From IMG/VR virus record IMGVR_UViG_3300033489_000663, positions 1 through 27,888 of that record: DNA of 27,888 nucleotides. One strand, given 5' to 3'. The position numbers and the translations under genes are program-made. The DNA is from a virus (taxonomy: Duplodnaviria > Caudoviricetes). This document shows positions 16,948-25,679 of this stretch, one piece after another. Every line of letters starts with the position of its first letter. Within the stretch, counting starts at the first letter, position 1. The notes beneath the pieces were generated by a model. That model had not been told where the DNA came from. It did not search any database and saw only the letters and a list, made by a program, of their open reading frames with translations.

Positions 16948-16977
16948 AACGTTAGAAAGTTGGAACGTTAAAACGTT
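16948..16977. repeat. Repeat family C
   Basis: AACGTT, AAAGTT, AACGTT, AACGTT at 8-bp spacing. Confidence 0.9.
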
Positions 16978-16986
16978 GGAGGAGAA

Positions 16987-18534
16987 ATGGGCATTACGAT
17001 CGGCGACGCGATTCTGTGGTTGAGGGGCAACGATTCTAAGCTGGATGCGGATCTGAAGTCGGCGGAGACGAAGACCAAGGGAGTGTTGGGAAGGATTTCG
17101 GCCAACTTCAAGGAGAGCATGAATTTCGCCATGGGCCAGATCATGAGCCAGGGGTTGAATCAACTGGCGGCGGGGATCGAGCGGACGGCCAAGGAGGTGA
17201 TCGACCTGGGTCAGGAATACGCCCAGCAAGTGGAGGACATGGCCAGGCTGAGCGGGATGACGGTGGAGGACGCCAGCCGGATCATCCAGGTGGCGGACGA
17301 CATGCGGGTGGGCTACGGGGAGGTTTCGACGGCGCTGAAGCTTTACGCCAAGACGCAGTCGGATGCAGGCAATGCGGCGAAGATGGACATCGATACGCTG
17401 GCCAGGCTGTCGGATCAGTACCTGGAGCTGGCGCCGGGAGTGGACAGAGCCAACTTCCTGCTGGAAAATTTCGGACGGTCAGGTCTGGCGATGGGGAAGA
17501 TGATGGAGCAGGGAGGGGAAAAGATCAAGGGGATGGCAGACGCCGTAGATAAAAGTTTGATAATGACTAAGGAGGGTATAAAACAATCAGAAGAATATCG
17601 ATTAGCGATGGATGAATTAGACGATACTATGAAAGGAATAAAACTCACATTATGGAATGAATTGAGACCTTATGTCATGCGATTTCTAGAATGGTTAAAA
17701 ACTGATGGAGTTAAATATTTGAGAATGCTCATAGATGGATTTGTCGCTCTGCCAGGTCCAGTGAAAGGAATTATTGTCGCATTGGGAGGATTGTTTTTGC
17801 TTCTCATGAAACTAGGACCGGCGTTGATGGGGATTGCAGGGATCATCAATATATTGGGAGGGGCAGGGGCAGGAGGTGGATTGCTGGCGGGATTGGGGAC
17901 GGCGCTGGGGGCAGTAAGCATACCGGTGCTGGCGCTGATCGTGGCGATCGTGGGGTTGATTGCGACGCTTATCATCCTGGGTCCGCAGGCGAAGGCGACG
18001 TTCATGATGATTGCGGAAATTATTGCGGCGTCGCTGAAGAGGGCGGGCTATGAGCTGAATAAATTCTTTCGCACGGTGGCGGATTGGGCGGCAAAGCTGC
18101 TCAATAGCATTGGAGCGTGGTTCAAGAAGATCGGAACAGGGATTGTGGATGGGATATGGTCCGGGATCCAGGGAGCGTGGGAATCACTGAAGACTAAGGT
18201 TGCGACGGCGCTGGATGATCTGTTGAAGTGGATCCAGGATCATATCGGGGCGCATTCCGAATCAGTGCTTTTCAAGGTGAAAGTTGGCAGGCCGATGGGA
18301 GAGGGGATCGGACTGGGGCTGCAAGAGTCGATGAGGGAGCAAGTGCAGCAGATCTTCCAGTTGGGGGTGCAAGGGATGACATTGGCAGGGGCGCAGGCAT
18401 CGCAGAGCATCAGCGTGGGACAACTGGTGGTTGATAGCAGGCTTTCGCAGAGGGAGAGGGATTATTGGGACGAGAGGTCGGAGAGGATTGCGGAGAAGTC
18501 GACAATGAGATGGCTGAAAAGAGCACGTGGATAA
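16987..18534 (+). CDS. Tail tape measure protein
   Basis: Helical Ala/Gly-rich protein with hydrophobic segments, FG.SG, W-spaced repeats and HS.S...VG..MGEG. Confidence 0.92.
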   Translation: MGITIGDAILWLRGNDSKLDADLKSAETKTKGVLGRISANFKESMNFAMGQIMSQGLNQLAAGIERTAKEVIDLGQEYAQQVEDMARLSGMTVEDASRIIQVADDMRVGYGEVSTALKLYAKTQSDAGNAAKMDIDTLARLSDQYLELAPGVDRANFLLENFGRSGLAMGKMMEQGGEKIKGMADAVDKSLIMTKEGIKQSEEYRLAMDELDDTMKGIKLTLWNELRPYVMRFLEWLKTDGVKYLRMLIDGFVALPGPVKGIIVALGGLFLLLMKLGPALMGIAGIINILGGAGAGGGLLAGLGTALGAVSIPVLALIVAIVGLIATLIILGPQAKATFMMIAEIIAASLKRAGYELNKFFRTVADWAAKLLNSIGAWFKKIGTGIVDGIWSGIQGAWESLKTKVATALDDLLKWIQDHIGAHSESVLFKVKVGRPMGEGIGLGLQESMREQVQQIFQLGVQGMTLAGAQASQSISVGQLVVDSRLSQRERDYWDERSERIAEKSTMRWLKRARG

Positions 18535-18540
18535 ATAATT

Positions 18541-18575
18541 AACGCGAATGTCACGAATTGGCGAATGGCGCGAAT
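18541..18575 (+). repeat. Repeat family D
   Basis: AACGCGAAT GTCACGAAT TGGCGAAT GGCGCGAAT. Confidence 0.88.
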
Positions 18576-18594
18576 GAATTTTGTAGGATAAAGA

Positions 18595-18951
18595 ATGAAT
18601 TTACCGAGTTATGCAATTGGGACGACGCAGGAGGGGATGAGCTCGCTGGAGGCGCTGGGACTGCCGCTACCGAAGGCGGAGGCGCCGGATTACGCGGTTT
18701 ACGTGGAGAATGGGGAGGGAGATTTGGTAGGACAGGGCTGGATCGTGGCCAGGTGGCGTTTTGCGGAGCTGAGCCTGGCGCAGGCAGCGGCGCTGGAGGC
18801 GTTTGCGGGGGATTGTTATTTCCGGACGCTTAAAGCGGATGGGACGTACGGAGCATATTCAGCGCTGTTGGTGCTGCCAGCGAGGAGGGCGCCGAAGGTG
18901 GACCGGTGGCTGGATTACGCGGCGGAGTTCAGGAAGTGCGTAAGCGTTTAA
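18595..18951 (+). CDS. Putative distal tail protein
   Basis: 118 aa directly after the tape measure; function by synteny only. Confidence 0.6.
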   Translation: MNLPSYAIGTTQEGMSSLEALGLPLPKAEAPDYAVYVENGEGDLVGQGWIVARWRFAELSLAQAAALEAFAGDCYFRTLKADGTYGAYSALLVLPARRAPKVDRWLDYAAEFRKCVSV

Positions 18952-18978
18952 CGTTCAAACGTTGAATATTAGAACGTT
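18943..18978. repeat. Repeat family C
   Basis: AGCGTT, AACGTT x2, AATATT, AACGTT; contains the upstream TAA. Confidence 0.85.
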
Positions 18979-18993
18979 TAATAAAGAGGAATT

Positions 18994-19050
18994 AAAAAAT
19001 GATGGGCATGACATTTATGGAAATAAATTTTCCAAGGGCACGCCCATCAT
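18994..19050 (-). terminator. Probable intrinsic terminator of the minus-strand cassette
   Basis: ATGATGGGC/GCCCATCAT outer stem and TGGAAA/TTTCCA inner stem; a T-run follows on the minus strand. Confidence 0.6.
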
Positions 19051-19077
19051 CTATAGCAGGATTGGAATTATAAAAGG

Positions 19078-19593
19078 TCAATGAGTATTCTTGTGAGGCC
19101 TGCCACCTTTTTTACCATTATTGCGGCTGCTAACCGCCTTGCGCTCCGATTTAATGGATCCAAGTTGAGCTGCGGCGACGGAGGCTGCCACCGCGCCAGG
19201 CTGATCGGGCATGGTGAGGATCCAAGCGCCGTCAGGTTGGCGTTCCAGCCCGCCGACACCATCAAGCCACAAGACATCGTTATCGATTTTCTCGGCACCG
19301 GTGGAGCTGCGACCATTGGAGTAAGCCGCTTGCATCAGACCGCAGATGGTAACAAGCTGGTCGATACTGAGCTGGTCGACGAGGCCAGCTTGGTCGAGCG
19401 CGGAAAGGTGGGGGTTGATTGCGGACGGGACATAAGCTTGCAAGCGGAGCTGATCATATACTTGCTGATTTTTGGACGGCTCGCTAACCACGCCGTATCC
19501 TGGGACAGGATTGTTGGCGCAATCCAGGCCATAATTGACCAGGTTGCAGTAGACACAATCGGTTTCGGGTTGGGTGCAGTACGGGGGTTTCAT
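19078..19593 (-). CDS. Putative DNA-binding protein (N-terminal Cys4; C-terminal NGKKGGRP)
   Basis: CTQPETDCVYCNLVNYGLDC; basic tail KSERKAVSSRNNGKKGGRP; ATGA-coupled to the upstream gene. Confidence 0.7.
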   Translation of the reverse strand: MKPPYCTQPETDCVYCNLVNYGLDCANNPVPGYGVVSEPSKNQQVYDQLRLQAYVPSAINPHLSALDQAGLVDQLSIDQLVTICGLMQAAYSNGRSSTGAEKIDNDVLWLDGVGGLERQPDGAWILTMPDQPGAVAASVAAAQLGSIKSERKAVSSRNNGKKGGRPHKNTH

Positions 19594-19922
19594 GAGGTTT
19601 TTCCCTTTCTGGCTGGCACAGTGAGCAGCACAGTCACGGCTCCGAGATACCCGAGGTCATCTAGCACATCGGGGTTGGTGATCCGATGCCAGACACCTTG
19701 ATAGCGGGCAAACCAGGCGGTGGAGTGGTACGTACCGCCCGAGGTAACGGCCTCGTAGCTCCGATCGTGCAGGATTGCTCTACAGACCTGCCGGTATGTG
19801 CCGACGTGATAGGGTTTGGTCGGGTAAGGTATGCCGACCTCTTTGTAATGGCTGGCGTCGGTATCGTAATTCCAACCCAGCCTCGATCGAAGATTAACAA
19901 TGTGGTGTATAGTGGTAGTCAT
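19590..19922 (-). CDS. Hypothetical protein
   Basis: 110 aa; RBS AAGGAG on the minus strand. Confidence 0.7.
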   Translation of the reverse strand: MTTTIHHIVNLRSRLGWNYDTDASHYKEVGIPYPTKPYHVGTYRQVCRAILHDRSYEAVTSGGTYHSTAWFARYQGVWHRITNPDVLDDLGYLGAVTVLLTVPARKGKTS

Positions 19923-19979
19923 GATATTGTCTCCTTACCGGCCTTTGGCCCGACCGGGGGGGCAAGTTATGAGATTAGA

Positions 19980-20477
19980 TCAATTGGCGGTGCAATCGCC
20001 GTAGCAGTAAGTTCTGCATTTGGGGCAGAGACCATTCTTGATTTCGCGGGCATATTCTTTGGCTTCGGCTTCCAGGGCTTTTTTGGCGGCCTGCTCCTTG
20101 GCAATCTCGGCGGCTTGCACTTCGCTGTATTCGGGGTCGATTCCGACTTCGGCGTCAAGTTCGGCGATCATGGTCATGGCGATGTCGTAAATCCCTTTGC
20201 CAACATAAGCGTTGCCGATACGGGCGTAGGCACCGGCGGGGAGCTTGGTGAATTTACTGGCAGTGTCAAAAAATGCGAAACCGCCTGGCTTTCCGACCGT
20301 GCGGATTCTCTTACCGGTGGTTTTGTGAATGATCACGACTTCGTATTTTTCGTAAGTTTCTTTCCCGATGGGGAGATTGTAACCGTCAAGGTAGGCTGTT
20401 TTTTCGTTAACTTCGCGGGTGAGGCTGATCTGGATGGTGCTGGTGTCGGTTTGGGTAGTGCGGATTGCGGTTGTCAT
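19980..20477 (-). CDS. Hypothetical protein with C-terminal CPKCRTYCYGDC motif
   Basis: RBS AAGGAG; first gene behind the consensus promoter. Confidence 0.8.
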   Translation of the reverse strand: MTTAIRTTQTDTSTIQISLTREVNEKTAYLDGYNLPIGKETYEKYEVVIIHKTTGKRIRTVGKPGGFAFFDTASKFTKLPAGAYARIGNAYVGKGIYDIAMTMIAELDAEVGIDPEYSEVQAAEIAKEQAAKKALEAEAKEYAREIKNGLCPKCRTYCYGDCTAN

Positions 20478-20505
20478 TTCGTGTCTCCTTTTTTAACTTA
20501 TATAT

Positions 20506-20534
20506 ATTATAACCTAACGTTAGGATATTGTCAA
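20506..20534 (-). promoter_or_regulatory. Consensus sigma70/sigmaA promoter with palindromic operator
   Basis: Minus strand TTGACA (20534-20529), 17 bp, TATAAT (20511-20506); spacer contains CCTAACGTTAGG (20513-20524). Confidence 0.92.
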
Positions 20535-20544
20535 GGGGCAATTT

Positions 20545-22497
20545 GTGGCTGACATAGATACCATCCGGACGGCGGGGAACTGGAGCGACGGGCTGTTGCT
20601 CATCGACGAGCCGACGGTCATCTATACGGCCAATGCGACGGGGGCGGTGGACGAGGAGGATTGGAGCATCGGGTTCGACAGCGGGGATCCGGAACTGGAC
20701 CTGGGAGATTGCCGGTCGGATATGACCTTACTGATCGGGTCGGAGGAGCTGGGCTGCGACAAGGGGATCGCCCGGCTGCGGAAGGCACCGGAAGCGGGGG
20801 TTTTCTACATTGGGATCGACGCGTCGCTGGTGGTGGAGGACGGCGACCACCTGACAGTCGTGGACGATTTCGAGCCGTTCGCCAAGCACCCGCTGGACGA
20901 GCTGCTGGACGTGGACGTGGCGTATGTGGACCAGTTCGAGGACTTCGATCCGATTCCATGGTTCAATGGCAGGTGCGTGGTGATCAAGGCAGGGGAAACG
21001 GCGGTTTTCGATGCGACTTTGGCGTGGGTTCCGGGTTCGACGATCAGCGGATGGACCTGGACATTCACCGGGGCTACATCGAGCACGGGGACGGACACGG
21101 CGACGCCCACGGCGACGTACGACGACAGCGGTCGCTTCCGGGTGGAGCTGGAGATCGAGGCGACGAACGGCAAGAAGATGACCGGCTACGGCTACGTGTT
21201 CGTGCTGGGGGAGAACCTGGCGGCGGAAGCGGACGTGGCCATCAGCGCTCCGGAGTGGGACGCGGATGCGGGGGCGCTGTGCACGGTGGAGATGTTCGAC
21301 AGACCGGCGATCCGGGACGGGGCCAGGGCTATCGTGTTTGCCCGGGACTGGTACGAGGGAACAGAACAGAGCTTCGGTCCGGTTGCAGGTAGGGAGAATA
21401 TCCTGATCGAAGGGAGGATCATCGGGGAGACCATCATCCGGATCCCGGGCTGGGACAAAGTGGAATTCGCCATCGGGGGACCGATTGCGGATTTGGCGGA
21501 GACAGCGGCCATGGTTTCGGGGCTGGTGGACAAAAGCCTGCCAACGGATGATGGGATTACGCTGCCAGCCTGGTCGAAGATGGATGGGCTGACAGTGGCC
21601 AAGGGGCTGCATTACCTGGCGGTTCATCGATCTACGATCGCCAGATGCCTGGATATCCACGTGGAGGATTGGGGCTGGAGCTGCCCCAAGCTGACCGGGA
21701 GCGGGGACAGCCTATACCAGCAACTGGTGAACTACGCGGAGCGGGCGGCGCTGAGCGTGAGGGCGGACCGGCTGGGGAGGATCTTCGTGGAGCGGGACGC
21801 GCAGCTCTACCCAGTGGCGGACCGGGACGACATTCCGGTGATCTTTACGGCGGAGGATGCGGACTGGCAGGACGAACTGACCATCGTGCGAAGGCAGCGA
21901 GGAGAAACGGCCATGGCTGAAGCGGAGGGGGAGATTTTCAGCGGAGGGGCGCGGACAAAGGTGGGGGGCAGATCGCCGGGGCACCAACCGGCCAGGCACG
22001 GAGGAGGAGACGATCTGGACGAGGTGTACGTGGCGACGAAGGCCAACGTGCGATCGCTGGCGGGTTTGCTGGCGGGAAGCAAAAACCAGGAGATCGAGCG
22101 GATCACCTGGCGTACGGCGCACAATAATAGGCTGCTGGACGTGACGCCCAGGATGTACGTGCAGGCGGTGGTAGACGGGGAGACACTGCGGTGCATCCCC
22201 AGAAATATCTCGCCAACGCCGAACGAGGGAACGGGGTTCTGGCACATGGAGATCGAGCTGGAACCGGAGGGGGAAGAATGGCCTGCGGTGGATATTACGT
22301 ACCCGGGTGACGGGGAACCGCCAATACCGCCGCCGCCAGAGCCGCCGCCTACGCCGCCGCCGCAACCGCCGCCGCCGCCGCCGCCGCCGGAATCCAGTGA
22401 AGTCGATGCAGTGGTATCTTGCGCTAACATTCAATCGATAAAATCAACGGCAGACTTAGACGAGGCCAGTCCAACCTGGTCAGCGGAGACGAGTTAA
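20545..22497 (+). CDS. Tail tip/hub protein with PKD domain and poly-proline linker
   Basis: PKD motif WTWTF..A...TPTATY..SG.F.V.L; hub-like DRLGRIFV; Pro-rich segment 22318-22389. Confidence 0.75.
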   Translation: MADIDTIRTAGNWSDGLLLIDEPTVIYTANATGAVDEEDWSIGFDSGDPELDLGDCRSDMTLLIGSEELGCDKGIARLRKAPEAGVFYIGIDASLVVEDGDHLTVVDDFEPFAKHPLDELLDVDVAYVDQFEDFDPIPWFNGRCVVIKAGETAVFDATLAWVPGSTISGWTWTFTGATSSTGTDTATPTATYDDSGRFRVELEIEATNGKKMTGYGYVFVLGENLAAEADVAISAPEWDADAGALCTVEMFDRPAIRDGARAIVFARDWYEGTEQSFGPVAGRENILIEGRIIGETIIRIPGWDKVEFAIGGPIADLAETAAMVSGLVDKSLPTDDGITLPAWSKMDGLTVAKGLHYLAVHRSTIARCLDIHVEDWGWSCPKLTGSGDSLYQQLVNYAERAALSVRADRLGRIFVERDAQLYPVADRDDIPVIFTAEDADWQDELTIVRRQRGETAMAEAEGEIFSGGARTKVGGRSPGHQPARHGGGDDLDEVYVATKANVRSLAGLLAGSKNQEIERITWRTAHNNRLLDVTPRMYVQAVVDGETLRCIPRNISPTPNEGTGFWHMEIELEPEGEEWPAVDITYPGDGEPPIPPPPEPPPTPPPQPPPPPPPPESSEVDAVVSCANIQSIKSTADLDEASPTWSAETS

Positions 22498-23985
22498 ATG
22501 AGCGGTCCAGTATCAGGCGTTAGCGATTCGGATACCGCGTGGTGGAACAGGGACATCATGGCAGCCATCGACGCGGCGGGAGGAAGCGAGGGTGAGAAAG
22601 TCTGGCTCACACAAAATTTGACCACGATAGGAGCAGCCACGTGGACGGACATCACCCCGGTGGACGTGGATACATTCGAGCGGGGCCATCTCTTCTTCGG
22701 GAGAGTTAAATTCGCCCCGACCATCGAGAACGTGATCTACGTGGTGGGTTATGCGGAGGGATACCACATTGCCCTTTTGAGCTGCTGGATATTCAGGAGC
22801 CCAGACTTAGGCGCGACCTGGTCTTACAATCTGGTGAGGGACGACTTCAATGCTCTGGCGGGCGATTATACGGTTACGCACGAAATATCGGACGTGGAGA
22901 TATGGGATGGAGACCCGATTCAGTTCATGCAAACTCACGCCAGAACCGGAGACGAAGAATCGACGTACAATCCTTGGGCGATAGCATATAGAATTGTAAC
23001 CAATGACACCGGTTCGTGGGCCAACCTGGACGGAGATGGCGTTACGATACACGATTTTGACAATAGTTCTCTGCTCGATAATGTTTTATGGGGGACAGGA
23101 AACTGGCTGTTGGGCGGCGGCGGCGCTGCAGGCGAGGCGTACCTGGACGATTACTTCGGCGTCGGTGGGTGGACGGAAACCTCTGGCATAGATCAAAACA
23201 TGCCCAAAGAAGAAGGCAGAATCTATGTGAAACAGACTTTCACTCACAGCTCGAATTCCTATTGGGCGTATGCGGAAAGCTGGGTATTCTGGAACGTACC
23301 CAAGATTGCGATCAGCTACGCTTTCGACATTGCCCGCAACAATACCGTACTTTACATCGGCTTCCTGGACGCCATCTACCAATCTCTGGACGCCGGTTAT
23401 AACTGGCAAGATATCAGCACGGAAGAGACGGAAGGCGAAGGGGCGTACGACATTTGCATCGATCCCTTGATCTACGAAGCGATTTATTACTGGAGCGCCA
23501 GTCTGTCGGACACCCACATTTTCAAAAGCCCGACATTGGGAATAGGATCTCCGGCGCTAGAATCGTCAGGTCTCTGTTTGCGAGTGGGAGGAGTAAAAAC
23601 TGGCGATGCGCTTCTGTCGTCCTGGCCGAGCACGGCGGTCAATCGAATAGCCAGGTCGTGGAATTCGGGGAAAATATGGGGCATCCACCGGGAAAGCAAT
23701 CTCTGGTACATGAGCATGAGAAACCTGGGGATCACGACGGTGCAACTTGGATTTCCAACGGTGCTAGTAGAATCCACTTTTATAAAAGGAACAACCATAC
23801 TGGGGAGGGCGTGGGCGCAAACGATTGCCTTGAAATACTATCATCAAGATAAATTGATCTACGTCGATCGCAAATCGATCTACATTAGCGACGACGCAGG
23901 AGAAACCATGACAGCAAAAAAGGGCGGATGGATCAGCTATAGTTTTGGAGTTGTGGGGCATCGCTTGCCAGAGGCGGAAGCTTGA
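22498..23985 (+). CDS. Putative receptor-binding protein with Asp-box (BNR) repeats
   Basis: RSPDLGATW, QSLDAGYNW, ISDDAGETM. Confidence 0.7.
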   Translation: MSGPVSGVSDSDTAWWNRDIMAAIDAAGGSEGEKVWLTQNLTTIGAATWTDITPVDVDTFERGHLFFGRVKFAPTIENVIYVVGYAEGYHIALLSCWIFRSPDLGATWSYNLVRDDFNALAGDYTVTHEISDVEIWDGDPIQFMQTHARTGDEESTYNPWAIAYRIVTNDTGSWANLDGDGVTIHDFDNSSLLDNVLWGTGNWLLGGGGAAGEAYLDDYFGVGGWTETSGIDQNMPKEEGRIYVKQTFTHSSNSYWAYAESWVFWNVPKIAISYAFDIARNNTVLYIGFLDAIYQSLDAGYNWQDISTEETEGEGAYDICIDPLIYEAIYYWSASLSDTHIFKSPTLGIGSPALESSGLCLRVGGVKTGDALLSSWPSTAVNRIARSWNSGKIWGIHRESNLWYMSMRNLGITTVQLGFPTVLVESTFIKGTTILGRAWAQTIALKYYHQDKLIYVDRKSIYISDDAGETMTAKKGGWISYSFGVVGHRLPEAEA

Positions 23986-25679
23986 GCCAAAAAGGGCAGT
24001 ACGAGATCCGGAAGAGGCTGGCCAAGCTGCTAGGGGCAGGAGAAGAAAAGACATGGGAAGGCTTGGTGGGAGACGCTTCGGGGACGATCAAGGTCGAGGG
24101 GCACGGCGATCTGAGATACGTGCGCCCGGTGGGATGCAATCTGCCGGTGGTGGTGAATAAGGGAGCGGCGCCGGATCTGAAAGGATTGCACGTGAAGGTG
24201 GGGAGGTGGTTCAAGAGGGACCGGCAGCGGATCATGGGCGTGGCGGAGGGAGGAGGAAGCACGATCGGCGTGGAACATCACGCTCCGACGCACCGCTGGC
24301 GAGCGGGCGATTCGGTCTTTATCGAAACCGTTCAGATATTGGATGCGCTGGTTTGGGCGAGCGGGGGGATGGCGATCACCATCAATGCGGGGTGGGTGAT
24401 TGTGAATGGGCAGGCGGTGCATCTGGACGGATCGACGATGGATATTACGGAAAATATTCCGGTGAGCGGGGCGGCGTATTCGCTGGTGAGGGTGGATGCG
24501 GACGGGGTGATCGACGTGCAGGATGGGACGCCGGTGGACAGCTATGCGGATCTGAGCTGGGACGACGTTCCAGTGTTGGAGGCGGGATATGCACTGCTGG
24601 CGATCGTGAGGCTTTACGAAGGGCAGACGGAGCTGAGCACGGATTACGATTGGCCGGACGTGATCGACGCCAGATTCTCGACGATGGGCCTGGGTTCGGT
24701 TACCGGGCATACTCACGTCGAGGCGGATATCACCGATCTGGATCACGATGCGGTGAAACTCCAGGGAAGGATTTTGGCCGATGATGCACCGAGCGTGAAC
24801 GACGTGGTTTATTGGGATGGAAGCGAATGGAAACCAGGACCACAAAGCTCAGGCGCCGGATTGGGCGATCTTTATTCGATTTGCCAGGGAAGATTGACTT
24901 TGGCTTCGGGGATACCGGTTACCGTAGAGGATGTGACCGCAGCAGATACGGTTTATTTCACGCCGGATGGGGGAACTTTGATCGGATTATTCGATGGAGC
25001 GGACTGGAATATCCACGTTCTCACGGAAATTTCATTGGATATCTCTGGCGAGGATGAGGATACGAATCTAGATATATTCATCTATGACGATTCGGGGACA
25101 CTTACTTTGGAAAGAATAGTATGGACAAATAATACGACCCGAGCCACAGCTTTAGCGAAACAAAATGAGGTTTACGTCAAGGATGGAGATGCGACGAGGA
25201 GATATCTGGGAACAATCCGAATAACGGACATTGCGGGTGAATGCGAAGACAGCCTGCTTAAAATGTACGTTTGGAACTATGCTAACCGCACACTGCGGAC
25301 GATGCGGGTGTCAAATACGACGGGTCATACGAATGCAACGGCGATCTGGATATCGTGGAACGCGGACGATGCAGTGAGAGTACAATTCGTGATCGGTCTG
25401 GTGGAGGAGAGGATCAATTTGAGGCTCTGGGGAGATCTGATGCCAGGAACGGACGCCAGGAGAGCATTAGTTTCCGTTGGTTACGATGTGACCAACAATT
25501 ATCTGGGGACGCTTAATAGTATCATCGAGGTAGGATGCGCCCAGAGGATGCGGATTGCAACCAGTATGAGCCATTTGCCGGACATCGGATATCACTACTA
25601 CCAGATCACGGAGAACGCAGCTTCAGCAGCATCGGTGACTTTCAATGCAGCGGAGCTGGAGGCGAACATCTATGGCTAG
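23982..25679 (+). CDS. Tail fibre-like protein
   Basis: HTHVEADITDL, APS.NDVVYWDGSEWKP, QGRLTL.SG.PV; TTG start overlapping the upstream stop. Confidence 0.7.
   Translation: MSQKGQYEIRKRLAKLLGAGEEKTWEGLVGDASGTIKVEGHGDLRYVRPVGCNLPVVVNKGAAPDLKGLHVKVGRWFKRDRQRIMGVAEGGGSTIGVEHHAPTHRWRAGDSVFIETVQILDALVWASGGMAITINAGWVIVNGQAVHLDGSTMDITENIPVSGAAYSLVRVDADGVIDVQDGTPVDSYADLSWDDVPVLEAGYALLAIVRLYEGQTELSTDYDWPDVIDARFSTMGLGSVTGHTHVEADITDLDHDAVKLQGRILADDAPSVNDVVYWDGSEWKPGPQSSGAGLGDLYSICQGRLTLASGIPVTVEDVTAADTVYFTPDGGTLIGLFDGADWNIHVLTEISLDISGEDEDTNLDIFIYDDSGTLTLERIVWTNNTTRATALAKQNEVYVKDGDATRRYLGTIRITDIAGECEDSLLKMYVWNYANRTLRTMRVSNTTGHTNATAIWISWNADDAVRVQFVIGLVEERINLRLWGDLMPGTDARRALVSVGYDVTNNYLGTLNSIIEVGCAQRMRIATSMSHLPDIGYHYYQITENAASAASVTFNAAELEANIYG

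Noticed and set aside
19081-20552. Long + strand ORFs 19081..19701 and 19686..20552
   Set aside because: Antisense shadows of the minus-strand genes, which have the promoter, RBSs and motifs.
22495-22497. Stop-codon reassignment
   Set aside because: TAA, TAG and TGA all end well-formed genes elsewhere in the window.
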